A DNA stretch of 64,000 nt from Prasinococcaceae sp. CCMP 1430 (lineage: Eukaryota; Plantae; Prasinodermophyta). Positions 46,801-57,402 of this stretch are shown here, piece after piece. Under the pieces are notes generated by a model, which saw only the letters and a list, made by a program, of their open reading frames with translations, made no database searches and had not been told where the DNA came from. A program made the translations under genes and the position numbers. Within the stretch, counting starts at the first letter, position 1. Each line of letters opens with the position of its first letter. The stretch lies in assembly GCA_013416795.1 (NCBI GenBank), contig RQSC01001393.1, forward strand, positions 99,721 through 163,720. The letters run 5' to 3'.

Positions 46801-49231
46801 GCAACTCCCTCGTCGAGCTCTTTGAGCGCCGTTGCCATGTCCTTCATCTCTGCTGCCCTCTTCAAGTCGTCTGGGTCCTCCTCAGGGCCGTCATATTTGA
46901 GAGTGCCTTGCATGGCCTTGCCCTCGACGACCCAATGCATCAGGTTCTTGCGGGTTACGATGCCGATTGGCACCCATCGGCCGTCCACCACCGGGAGGTG
47001 GCGCATGCCGAGCCGCCGGAAAAGGCGGATCGATCGGCCCAGCGCGTCGCCCGCCCGCACAGCTACCGGCGAACCGTCCATGACATCCGCAACAGTCGCG
47101 TCAGGATCAACCTGCACGCGCTCGAGCATCGACGTGCTCACGACACCCACGAGCGCGCCATCGCGGTCGACTACCGGAAAGCCGTTGTGCGACGTGGTGC
47201 GCTTCGCAGCGAGTGCCTCCTGCACTGAGTCGGTCTCACGCATGCACACCGCAGGTGCCGCCATGACGTCACCCACACACGCCCGTTCCTGCAATTCGTT
47301 GGGATGATCGCCCACCACGGGAAGGCACTTGAGATGAATGAATTCATGGTAGAGTCCGTCGTTGAACAGATTGCCGACAATGACGGCCGCGATGGTCGCG
47401 CATGCGATGGGCGGCGCCAGCAGCAGCGCCGACGTGAGCTCCACGACGAGGATCGTAAAGAAAAGCATGATGCGCCCCGAGCCCGCCATCATGGCCGCTG
47501 CACCGACGATGGCCATGACGCCAGGCTCCACTGGCACACCCAGCGGCACACAGGCGAGGCCCATGAGACGCCCAAGGCACGCGCCCATGAAGATGTTGGG
47601 CACCACGAGGCCCGTCGGCAGCGCGATGCCGACCGTGATCACAGCCATGGTGAAGTACAGAACGAAGGTGACCAGCACCTCGTGCCATGCCACCGCGCGC
47701 GTGAGGCCCTCGCTGAACAGCAGCTTGATCGCCTCGGGCGCCGGCACGAAGAGCAGACTGGCAGCGGCATTGTACTCACCCTCAGGACATGCGTACTGTG
47801 ACAGGAGGTGCTCGTCGATGCTGAATTGCTCCCAGCCCTCGACGTAGGTCGCCTGGTAGGGTTTCTGGTCGGAGTCCTCGTACTTCTCGGGCGTCATGAG
47901 TGTGTGGTTGAAGAGCTCCGAGCCCGGATAGACGAGCTTGTCGACGATCTGGCTCTCAACGTGCGGGTTGGGGCAGAAGTCGCTAGTGGTGGCCTTGTCG
48001 TACACCCTGCCCGCAGTCTTGTGGAGGCACGGGAAGGCGGAGGGCGCCCACGTGAACAGGCTGGCCGTGACCAGCCCGACCAGCACGACCTCGACCACGC
48101 GCCGCAGGGGCATCTTGGCAGTCACGTTCGCCATGCGCCATGTGTTTATCTTGACGGCAAGCCAGTTGAAGAGCGCCCCCATGCAGCCGCAGATGGCCCC
48201 AAGCAGGATGAAGATGGGGATGGCCCACCACGCATAGAAGCACTCGGGATGCTCGCTGATGTTGCCGACGTTGAACTTCACGTTCAGGGTGGTGTCGCCG
48301 GCCTGCGCTGCCTGCAGCCAGTACGACGTCCAGTATGCCGCCACACACGCGATGAAGGTCTTGTGAATCTCCTCGACGCTCACGTACGCCAGATCCTCGA
48401 GGACGAGCGCGACGCCGCTGGCGGGCGCCAGGAAGGCGGCGGCGACGCCCGCACCCGCACCGAGCGCGACCATGTTGCGCAGGACGTGGCCGGACAGGCG
48501 CAGCCTGGGGAAGAGGCCGCACATCGCGCGCCCCACGCAGGCGCCGATGTGGATGACGGGCCCCTCCGGCCCACACGCCAGGCCGCTGGCGACGGCGAAG
48601 GTCACGCCGACTGTCGTGGCGAGGCCCGTCTGCCAGTCCACGTGCCCTTCCAGTCGCACGCCGTTGACGTACGCCATGACGCCGGGGATGCCGCTCGACT
48701 CGGCTGCAGGCTTCCAGAGCACCATCGCCACGCCGGGCAGAGTGATGACCACCAGCGCTGCCGCGTACACCAGGTAGCCCCGCACCATATCGGCCCCGCC
48801 CTCCGAGCCCTCGATGAAGCTGTTGGCAAGCTTGAACTTGAGCTTGGTGAGCTTGTACGAGAAGAGGTGAATCAGGTAGGACAGCAGGCCCACGCCCACG
48901 CCCACCGCGGCCGCGATCAGCCAGCTCGCTGTGGCGTGCTCGCCGCCAATCACGCCGAAACGCGCACTGTACCGCCGCTCCACGTGCGACTTGGACTCGA
49001 ATGTGGCGATGCGCGCGTGCGTGGCGCGGGCGTGCTCGCCGTCCGCCGCGTACGCCGCCGCGCGCAGCCCGCCGAACGCGCTCAGCCCAGAGCCGCGGCG
49101 GTGGCCGCCGCCGGCTGCCTTGCAGCCTTGCGCAGGGCGCCCTTGGGCGAGCCCGTGCCGTCCGCGGGGCCGCCGGCCGGGTCATCCGCGCCCGACGCCC
49201 GCGGCGCTGGCGGCACGGGCACGTCCGCCAT
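43866..49231 (-). CDS. CLC chloride/proton exchanger with 2 CBS domains fused to a two-pore channel (TPC)-like module
   Basis: One stop-free 1705-aa ORF (48983-43866). CLC motifs SSGIP, GPEGP, LEDL, PTGLVVP, GLY; two CBS domains; then two 6-TM channel repeats with filters STLSNFP and LLCGNDW. The likely ATG at 49231 needs a frameshift near 49120. Confidence 0.88.
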
Positions 49232-50370
49232 CGCGCGCTTGCGGGGCCTCGCGCACGCTGCCCGCCACTGGGAGTCCGAGAGGGGATGGCCAAGGGGTAG
49301 CAGCGGCAGCGGGCTTCAGGGAGCTTCGGCGGCGAGCGGCAGCAGCCCGTGCGCACGCCGCCGGCCCACGCCGCCGGCGCACGCCCGGCGACGGCGGCGA
49401 CGCGGCCACGCCGCCCCCCAACCCTTCCACCCCCCGCCCCCCAAAAGCGTGTGCCTCGTATGGCGCCCCCGCACGCGCACACAGCCCCCTCCCCCCACTT
49501 CCGCCGCCGCACTCAGGTCCCAGCACCCACAGCCAACGTACACACTACGCTGCACACTGCACACACACGGGCAGACACGCACGCACGCACGCGCGCGCGC
49601 ACGCGCGCGCAGGTGCGCGCTGGAGCCCCGACCGAGGGAACACGGGGAACGTGCGCCCCTTCCCCCCAGCCGGGCGACCGGCCGGGCCACACGCGTAGCC
49701 AGACGGGCTTGCCAGCCCAGCAGCTTTAGCCAGACGCACCCGGCCGGAGCCCGCTCGAGCGGGCGCTGCCCCGGCCGGGCACGCACGCGCGCGCTTCGGG
49801 GAACCTCGCCTCGAACTCGTTCGCCCAAACCCAAACCCCTACCGCCCGACTTTGCATTCGAATGTTCGTCAAAAATCAAAATATATGAACCCTAAACTAC
49901 AAAGACCTCAAATGCGTCCAAACCTGCCGGGGGAACGCGTCCGGAGCGCGCCCCTCCAGCCCTCGTGGCGGCCCGCGCCGGGGGGCGCTGGGGAGCACAG
50001 CTCTCGCGTCTGAGCGCGTGTCGTCGAGGCGGTGTGTGTGTGGGAGGGGGTGTGCGCAAGGCGCTGCTCGCGCCACTGCCGCCGCGTGCGGGTGGTGGTG
50101 CGCGTGGGCGCACCGGCTCCCGCCCCCCAGCCTCGCAGGAGCGCCCTCGGGACGTGTGCGCCTGCGTGCCACGGGGCGTGGGGTATCCACCGCCCGGTTG
50201 TCGGCACGCGTGCTCTGCCCCTCTCGCCGATGAGGGAGGAGGGGGCGACGCGGGGCTAAGAGGAGAGCCTGACGTGCACGCTTTGCCTGCGTGCGCTCCC
50301 TGGGAACGCGGCCGCGCCGCCGGTGCGCTTGCGAGTCCTGCGCTCTCGAGAGAGCTCGCCGCCGGCGGCG

Positions 50371-51055
50371 ATGGAGCCGTCGGCGCTGCCGCTCGTCGCC
50401 GCGGCGCGCGCGCGGCGCGAGGCGCTCAACGCGGCCGCCGAGGGACTCCACGCCGCTGGCGACGAACTGGCGGGCGCGCGAGCTCGTGCTCGCGCTCGCG
50501 GGCACACGCGCGCTCATGCGCCTGCGCGGACTGCGGCGCGCTTCATGAGTGCTGAGGAAGGTGCGATCGAGCACGCGCTTCGCTCTCGCTGGGCGGGCCT
50601 CTGCGCGAGCGCCGTCCTTGTCGTCGCGCGCCCCATCTCCCCCACCACACACACACCACCACGCGCGGGCGCGCGCCTGCAAGGCTGTCGCCATCCTGCG
50701 CACGCACGCGCACGCACTCACACACAAACGCACACGCGCGTGCGCGCGCCCGCCCGTTCGTCCGCCAGTGGCCGTGAGCGACACGCATGGAGCTGAGGCT
50801 GCCTTCTTGCGCCAGCTCGTGGCGCCGTGCACACCGCGCAGCCCTCCGCCGAGCGAGGAGCGCGCGCGGGCAGCAGCCCACACGACAGCACCGGCTGCAA
50901 GCGCACCCTCGAAAGCGTTGCTCGCTGGCGCCGGCCCCGACAGAGATGACATCGACGCCGTAGGTGTCGAGTACGGCGGCAAGGCCGCGGCCGCTGTTGC
51001 GGCAATGCGGCGGCACTGTGCGGAGGTCGACGCGCTAATCGCGCGGTTGACGTGA
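50371..51055 (+). CDS. Hypothetical small protein
   Basis: ATG 50371; a phase-consistent GT-AG intron 50561-50768 joins two ORF-track frames; no family recognised. Confidence 0.45.
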
Positions 51056-51261
51056 CGGCGAGGCGTGACGCTCTCGCATGCTACGCCAGCGGGTGCGCCC
51101 AGGCGACCGGGCGCGCACTCACGCGCACGACGAGTGTACGACAATGTATAGTACTTTATATACAAACACAACGACGGCGATGACGCGTGGTGCGCGCGTC
51201 TCGCAAACTGTAGGTCGACCACCAGCTCGCACGGCACCCGCGCATGCGCGGCGCGCCTCGC

Positions 51262-52065
51262 TCAAGCGCGCGCTAGCCTCGCCCTCGCTCGGCCCGCAAG
51301 CCGCCCGATGCGGGGCCCGAGGAGCGCAGCGCCCGTGACGACCAGCGGGAACAGCAGCGCGCTCGACCACGCGGCGAGGCAAAGCGACGCGCACGCCCCG
51401 GTGGCGTCGGCGAGCGCCGCGTTGCCCCCGAGGCCCTCGCCGACGAACCTGCCCAGGAGCGCCTCCAGGTCCACCCCCTTGCGCAGCGCGATGAAGAAGA
51501 GCACCGCCGACAGCGGTCCTATCACGTTCTTGGCGGTCATGTACGCGAGCCCATACTCGGAGGTCATCGCGCGCGTGATCTCTCCCGCGCGGCGGACGGC
51601 CGCAGGTCGCTCGCTCACGCGCTCGGCCGTGCTGCCAGCTGGGTCCACGCTGCCGCCGCTCCCAGTCGGCCCGGTCGCCTCTCCGACGGCGAGCTCGCCC
51701 GCGCCGGCTCGGTGTCGGCACGCACGGACGACCGCGGCGCACGAGCGGGAGAGCCACAGCGCGCCCGCGCCCAGCGCTCGCTCTCCGGCGTCGATCATGA
51801 GCCCAACGTCGACCCGTGCGAGCGCGGGGCACGCTCGCGCCAGCGCGGCGGCCGCCACGGCGTCGAGCGCGAGGCGGGGGACGCGGATGGCCTTGGACAG
51901 CCCGTACGCGAGCACGAATTCGGGCGGCACGCTGACGGCAACGACCCGGTGCAGCAGCGCCCACAGGCAGAGCGCGCTGCCCGCGTCGAGCAGCACGAAC
52001 GCCACGAGGCAGCCGCCCGCGGACGCGCGCAGGCCTGCGTTCATGAGCGCCACCCACGCCTCCAC
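51262..52065 (-). CDS. Membrane protein with two FAM210/DUF1279-like repeats; start uncertain
   Basis: EFVLAYGLSKAIRVPRL and EYGLAY..KN.IGPLS.VLFFIALRKGVDLEALL resemble DUF1279 motifs; n join at 52155 upstream. Confidence 0.55.
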   Translation of the reverse strand: MEAWVALMNAGLRASAGGCLVAFVLLDAGSALCLWALLHRVVAVSVPPEFVLAYGLSKAIRVPRLALDAVAAAALARACPALARVDVGLMIDAGERALGAGALWLSRSCAAVVRACRHRAGAGELAVGEATGPTGSGGSVDPAGSTAERVSERPAAVRRAGEITRAMTSEYGLAYMTAKNVIGPLSAVLFFIALRKGVDLEALLGRFVGEGLGGNAALADATGACASLCLAAWSSALLFPLVVTGAALLGPRIGRLAGRARARLARA

Positions 52066-52298
52066 GGCCCGCGCTCCGGCGGGGCCGTCCCCCCCCGCAT
52101 CGGCCGCCGAACTTCATGACGACGGTGAAGGCGGTGTCATCGGTGTCCTGCGCGNCCTCCCCCCCCCAGCAGCAGCGCCCCGCAGCGCGCGCGCGCTGTG
52201 GCGCACCGGCGGCGCACCGCTCAATCCGCCACAACCCCACATCACTCGAACGCAATTTGATATGAAATGATACTCGCCCGTGGGTGAATTGCACAGGA

Positions 52299-52460
52299 AC
52301 TCGCCCGTGGGGAGGTGACACGTGCGGGCGAGCGTCGCGCCGCGCCGTCGTGGGACAAGATCTCCCGTGGGAAGGTGACACGGTCGGGCGAATTTCGCGC
52401 GGCGCCGTCGGCGGATTAGATCTCCCGTGAGAAGATTACACGGTCGCGCGCGTGCGTCGC
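52299..52460. repeat. Degenerate ~60-bp tandem repeat, ~3 units
   Basis: CTC(G)CCCGTGGG.AGGTGACACG..CGGGCGA units at ~52299, 52359 and 52419; an extra half-unit at 52272; core TCTCCCGTGGG also occurs at ~63255. Confidence 0.75.
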
Positions 52461-53165
52461 GCCTCGTACGGACGTGGCCCGACGCCGCCGCGCCACGCCA
52501 GCCGGTGCAGCCACGCCTCCCACCGAAGGGGTGTATGGTATGGAGCGTGCCCTCGGGCGTCGTAATTCCCGTAAAATGCATTCGGCAATGTCGTTGATAC
52601 TGTCGCGGAGGAATTTCACCCGCCGCGAATTCAACCACGCGCCGCCGAAGCACCCGCCCATCGAAATGCCTTCCGTCGTTACGAAAACGCGCTTCGCGTC
52701 CCAAATTCGAGGGACACATCCCGCGATGATGCACCCATTTGTAGGTACAATAAAACGGTATCATTGCCGGCGAACGCGTGGAAAGGGCGCGCGCCTCGCG
52801 GATCGCGCGCGCCGAACCGCACCGTTTTTATTTATTTTATTTTTATTTGTAATTATTTTATTTTTCCGCGCGGCGCGCGGGACCGACGGCGGGGATCGCG
52901 CCGCGCGCGGATTCCATCGGTTTTTGGTGGATTCCATTCTGGTTTGCGGGTGGAATTCAGATTAAGTAGAACGTTAAGTGGATTCCATATAAAGGTTTTG
53001 GGTTGGGGATTGGGCGAATTGGGTTCCGGCGCGCGCGCGCGGGTGGGCGGGCGGGCGGGGGGGGAGGGGGAGGGAGGGAGGGCGTGCCACACGTCGCGCG
53101 AGGCGCCTCGCGCTCGTACCCCTCTCGTCCCCCCCCCGGGCCTTGCCCCCTCGCGGCCTGCGTTG

Positions 53166-55433
53166 ATGTTGGCGCGCTCGCTCAAGGCGGTGGCACTCGG
53201 CGCGGCGGCGGCGACGTCGCGCGGCGGCGGAGCCGCGCAGCAGGGGCAGCGGCAGGCCCACCAGCGGCGGGCCGCGATGTGCTCGGCGGCCGTCGAGGCG
53301 GCGCCCGCGCTCGAGGGCAACGTGCTCGCGGCGTACGGCGCGGCGTCGGCGTCGGCGCAGCTGCCGCCCTTCGACAAGATCGAGGCCGACCAGGTCGTGC
53401 CGGCGATCTCCGCGCTGATCGACCAGCTGCAGGCGGAGCTCGAGGCGCTCGAGGCGAGCGTGGGCGAGGACGGCTCGGGCTGCCAGAAGTGGGAGGATCT
53501 GGCCGCGCCGCTCGAGACGCTCGGCGACCGGCTGGGGCGCGCGTGGGGCGCCGTCAACCACCTGAAGATGGTGAAGGACAGCGAGGCGCTGCGCACCGCC
53601 GTCGACGAGGTGCAGCCGCGCAACGTGGAGTTCGGCCTGCGCGTGGCGCAGTCCGAGCCGCTCTACCGCGCCTTCCGCGCCATGAAGGACGACTCGGCGC
53701 GCTACGAGGCGCTCACCGAGGCGCAGCGCCGCATCGTCGACTCGGAGATCCTCAGCGCCGAGCTCAGCGGCGTCGCGCTCACCGGCGAGGCCAAGGAGGA
53801 GTTCAACAAGCTGCAGCAGGAGAGCGCCAAGCTGAGCACCAAGTTCTCCAACAACGTGCTCGACAGCACCAAGGCCTTCGAGAAGTTCATCGAGGACAAG
53901 GCGCTGGTGGAGGGCCTGCCCGAGAGCGCCCTGGCGCTCGCCGCGCAGACCGCCGCAAGCAAGGGGCGCGAGGGCGCCACCGCCGAGGCCGGGCCGTGGT
54001 GCATCACGCTCGACTTTCCGTCGTACATGCCCGTCATGCAGCACGCCACCAACCGCGAGCTGCGCGAGGAGGTCTACCGCGCGTTCATCGCGCGCGCGTC
54101 GTCCGGCGAGGTCGACAACGGCCCCATCATCGAGCGCACGCTCGAGATCCGCAAGCGCAAGGCCGAGCTGCTCGGCTTCGGCCACTTCGCGGACGTGAGC
54201 ATGTCGCAGAAGATGGCCGACCTCGACTCGGCGCTGACGCTGCTCGAGGAGCTGCGCGCGGCGGCGTACGAACCGGGCGTCAAGGAGCTCGAGGACGTGC
54301 GCGCGTTCGCCAAGGAGTCCGGCGTCGACTACGAGCTCGAGCACCACGACATGACCTTCTGGGCGGAGCGCCTGCGCGAGGAGCGCTACGCGTACAAGGA
54401 GGAGGACCTGCGGCCGTACTTCTCCCTGCCGGCCGTGCTGGACGGCCTCTTCGGCCTCATCAACAGGCTGTTCGGCGTGACGATCGTCGCCGCCGACGGC
54501 GAGGCGCCCGTGTGGAACCCGGACGTGCGCTTCTTCAAGGTGATGGGCGAGGACGGCAACCAGCGCGCGTCGTTCTACCTCGACCCCTACAGCCGCCCCG
54601 CCGAGAAGCGCGGCGGCGCGTGGATGGACGAGGTGGTCGGCCGCAGCGCGCTGCTGGGCGAGGGCGGCGCCACGCGCCTCCCCACCGCGCACATGGTGTG
54701 CAACCAGTCGCCCCCCGTCGGCGACAAGCCCTCGCTGATGACCGTGAGGGAGGTGGAGACGCTCTTCCACGAGATGGGCCACGCGCTGCAGCACATGCTC
54801 ACCACGCAGCCCGAGGGCATGGTGGCGGGCATCCGCGGCGTCGAGTGGGACACCGTCGAGCTCCCCTCGCAGTACATGGAGAACTGGTTCTACGACAAGA
54901 AGACCTGCATGGCCTTCGCCAAGCACTACGAGACTGGCGAGCAGCTGCCCGAGGAGCTCTTTGACAAGGTCGTCGCGGCGCGCAAGTACCGCGCGGGCAC
55001 CATGATGCTGCGCCAGGTGCACTTCTCGGTGACCGACCTCAAGCTCCACTCGGACTACGTCCCGGGCTCGGAGGGCGGCGTCTTCGCGATGGAGAAGGAG
55101 ATCGCCAAGACGACGTCGGTCCTGCCGCCGCTGGAGGAGGACCGCTTCCTCTGCGGCTTCTCGCACATCTTCGCGGGCGGCTACTCCGCGGGCTACTTCA
55201 GCTACAAGTGGGCGGAGGTGCTCTCCGCGGACGCCTTCGGCGCGTTCGAGGAGGTCGGCCTCGAGAACGAGGAGGCGGTCAAGGAGACCGGCCGTCGCTT
55301 CGCCGACACCATCCTCGCGATGGGCGGCGGGCGCGACCCCAACCTCGTCTACCAGGACTTCCGCGGGCGCGGCCCCTCCACGGAGGCGCTGCTCAGGCAC
55401 TCGGGGCTCGCGCCGGCCACCGCCACCGCGTAG
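53166..55433 (+). CDS. OOP: Organellar oligopeptidase A (M3A, PrlC/OpdA-like) with transit peptide
   Basis: LPPFDKI, FYLDPYSRPAEKRGGAWMD, zinc motif TLFHEMGHALQH, VELPSQYMENW, FSHIFAGGYSAGYFSYKWAEVLSADAF; Ala/Arg-rich presequence; single exon. Confidence 0.95.
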   Translation: MLARSLKAVALGAAAATSRGGGAAQQGQRQAHQRRAAMCSAAVEAAPALEGNVLAAYGAASASAQLPPFDKIEADQVVPAISALIDQLQAELEALEASVGEDGSGCQKWEDLAAPLETLGDRLGRAWGAVNHLKMVKDSEALRTAVDEVQPRNVEFGLRVAQSEPLYRAFRAMKDDSARYEALTEAQRRIVDSEILSAELSGVALTGEAKEEFNKLQQESAKLSTKFSNNVLDSTKAFEKFIEDKALVEGLPESALALAAQTAASKGREGATAEAGPWCITLDFPSYMPVMQHATNRELREEVYRAFIARASSGEVDNGPIIERTLEIRKRKAELLGFGHFADVSMSQKMADLDSALTLLEELRAAAYEPGVKELEDVRAFAKESGVDYELEHHDMTFWAERLREERYAYKEEDLRPYFSLPAVLDGLFGLINRLFGVTIVAADGEAPVWNPDVRFFKVMGEDGNQRASFYLDPYSRPAEKRGGAWMDEVVGRSALLGEGGATRLPTAHMVCNQSPPVGDKPSLMTVREVETLFHEMGHALQHMLTTQPEGMVAGIRGVEWDTVELPSQYMENWFYDKKTCMAFAKHYETGEQLPEELFDKVVAARKYRAGTMMLRQVHFSVTDLKLHSDYVPGSEGGVFAMEKEIAKTTSVLPPLEEDRFLCGFSHIFAGGYSAGYFSYKWAEVLSADAFGAFEEVGLENEEAVKETGRRFADTILAMGGGRDPNLVYQDFRGRGPSTEALLRHSGLAPATATA

Positions 55434-55787
55434 GCGGCGCCCGCGCGCGGCCGCGGCCGGAACGGACGCGTCGCCGCGGCAGTAACAGTCGTCGGCGTGT
55501 CTGTGCGCGCGCCTCGGGCACAGCGCTAGGTGTGTGTGTGTGTGCGCGCGCACGTGTGCGCGCACGTGTGTGTGCGCGCGCGTGTGTGTGCGTCTGTGCG
55601 TGCGTGTGTGTGCGTGCGGGGGTGCGGGCGCTCACGAGCGCGACGTCGCGTTCGGGTTACTACCTTTGAGGTCGGGACTTTTCCAGGGTTGTAACGCGTT
55701 CCCCCGCGCGCCGCGCGGCCGCGCCACGTGGCGCACCGGCGGCGCGCACGGGTGGGTATTGCGCGGGCGTGGCAGCATTAGTTGTTT

Positions 55788-55957
55788 GGTGTGGTGTGGT
55801 GTGGTGTGGTGTGGTGTGGTGTGGTGGTGTGTGGTGTGGTGTGGTGTGGTGTAGTGTGGTGTGGTGTGGTGTGGTGTGGTGGTGTGTGGTGTGGTGCTGT
55901 GTGTGGTGTGGTGTGGTGTGGTGTGGTGTGGTGTGGTGTGGTGGTGTGTGGTGTGGT
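55788..55957. repeat. (GTGTG)n pentanucleotide microsatellite
   Basis: ~170 bp of GGTGT units with a few interruptions. Confidence 0.97.
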
Positions 55958-56260
55958 GACTCCGCGCCAATTTCGAGCCGGCGGGGCCGCGCCGCGGGAG
56001 GGGGGGGAGGGAGGGGCGCGCCGCGCACCTTCCCGCCGCCGCGCCGCCCCTTTCCCCCCCCCCTCTTCTCCGCTCCCCCTCTCGATCGCTCGCCTCCCAG
56101 GAGGGGGCGGGCCTCGCCGCCGCGCAGCGCTGCGGGTGGGCGGATGGGCGGCGCGTGTGGGGCGGGGTGGGGCGGGGTGGGACGGTCAGGTAGAGGCGAG
56201 AGGGGTGGCGGCTTCGCCGCAGGGGAGAGCCCAGCCCCGTCTCCTCCCGTCGCCTCCGCG

Positions 56261-57007
56261 CACGCCGTGTGCGCGGGGGCGCGCTCGGGCAGCGCCGCGA
56301 CGCTCGCCGAGGTCGCCGACGGCCGCGCGCTGCTCGTGGAGAAGTCCTTCGACACCTGAGGCCACTGCCGCGCCGTCGCGCCCGAGTACAAGGCCTTCGT
56401 CGCCGCGCACCACGACGAGCTCTCGGACGCCGTCGGCTTCGCCACGGTGCTGGCGGGCAACTCGCGCGGCTGCGAGGCCTTCAAGGCCATCGGCGGCGTG
56501 GACGTGCCCGAGGGCGCGGTGACGTACCTCGACGACACGCGGAGCGGAGGCGCGTTCAAGGACTGGTTCGGACTGACGCGCCCACAGTTCGTGCTGCTGG
56601 CGCCCAACGGCACCATCCTGGACCTCGCGCCGAGCACGAGCTGCGGGCAGTGCGGACAGTGGAGCGACGCGCGGTACGCGAGACTGCTCGGTGAGGTGGC
56701 GGCGGAGGTGCGCGCCGCGCGCGGAGAGGCGGTGGCGGCGACCCCGCCGCCCCCAACCCCGCTGGCTGGCGCGCCCAACGACGACGAGGACACCACAGTA
56801 GCATCGAAGGAGGCGGCTGAGAAGGAGAAGTCGAGGAAGAAGAAGTCGAGGAAGACCAAGAAGTCGAAGAAGCTGAAGAAGTCGAAGAAGCTCTCGAAGA
56901 AGGCGGCCAAGGCGCTGTGCAAGGGTCTCAAGAAGAAGGCGTGCTCCAAGGGAGACGCCAAGAGGCACTGCAAGTACAAGAAAAAGCGGGGCTGCGCGCC
57001 CAGGTAG
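56261..57007 (+). CDS. Thioredoxin-fold (redoxin-like) selenoprotein with a UGHC active site and Lys/Cys-rich tail; start unresolved
   Basis: LLVEKSFDT-TGA(56357-56359)-GHCRAVAPEYK continues in the same frame to TAG 57007. cis-Pro loop TRPQFVLL; SECIS in the 3' UTR. Confidence 0.85.
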
Positions 57008-57192
57008 CGCCCCCACGCATGCACGCGCGCACGCGCGCACGCGCGCACGCACGCACGATGCACGCGAACGTCCACACCCCTGCCCACATCCGCATCCACG
57101 CCCGCGCTCGTCCCAACAGCCATGCCCAAGCCCAGGCCCAACACACTCACAAGCACATGCGCAAGTCTCTGAGGAGGCCGCTCTTCGCCACA

Positions 57193-57266
57193 CCCACACG
57201 CATGACGGCGCGCGGCACAAGCTGGCACGTCAGCGCCACCGCCGCGCCGCCCGACGCCCGCGTGGG
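57193..57266 (+). promoter_or_regulatory. SECIS element (type II)
   Basis: Helix I CCCACACGC/GCGTGGG; core ATGAC (57202-06)/CGAC (57252-55); 10-bp helix II GGCGCGCGGC/GCCGCGCCGCC with one bulge; unpaired AA 57219-20; apical mini-stem GCTGG-cacg-TCAGC. Confidence 0.85.
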
Positions 57267-57402
57267 CAAGCGAGGGGTCATCCGCGACCGCGCGTGGACG
57301 CACGCACCGAGTAAGCTGTCGCAGTTGAAATCTTACAAGTCAATCCCAGAGCACATGTGAATGGGCGCGAGAAAGAGAGCGAAGGAGCGCAGCCGCGCAG
57401 CG

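Noticed and set aside
55769-56230. (VWCG)n or (HTTP)n repeat proteins
   Set aside because: Translations of the (GTGTG)n microsatellite.
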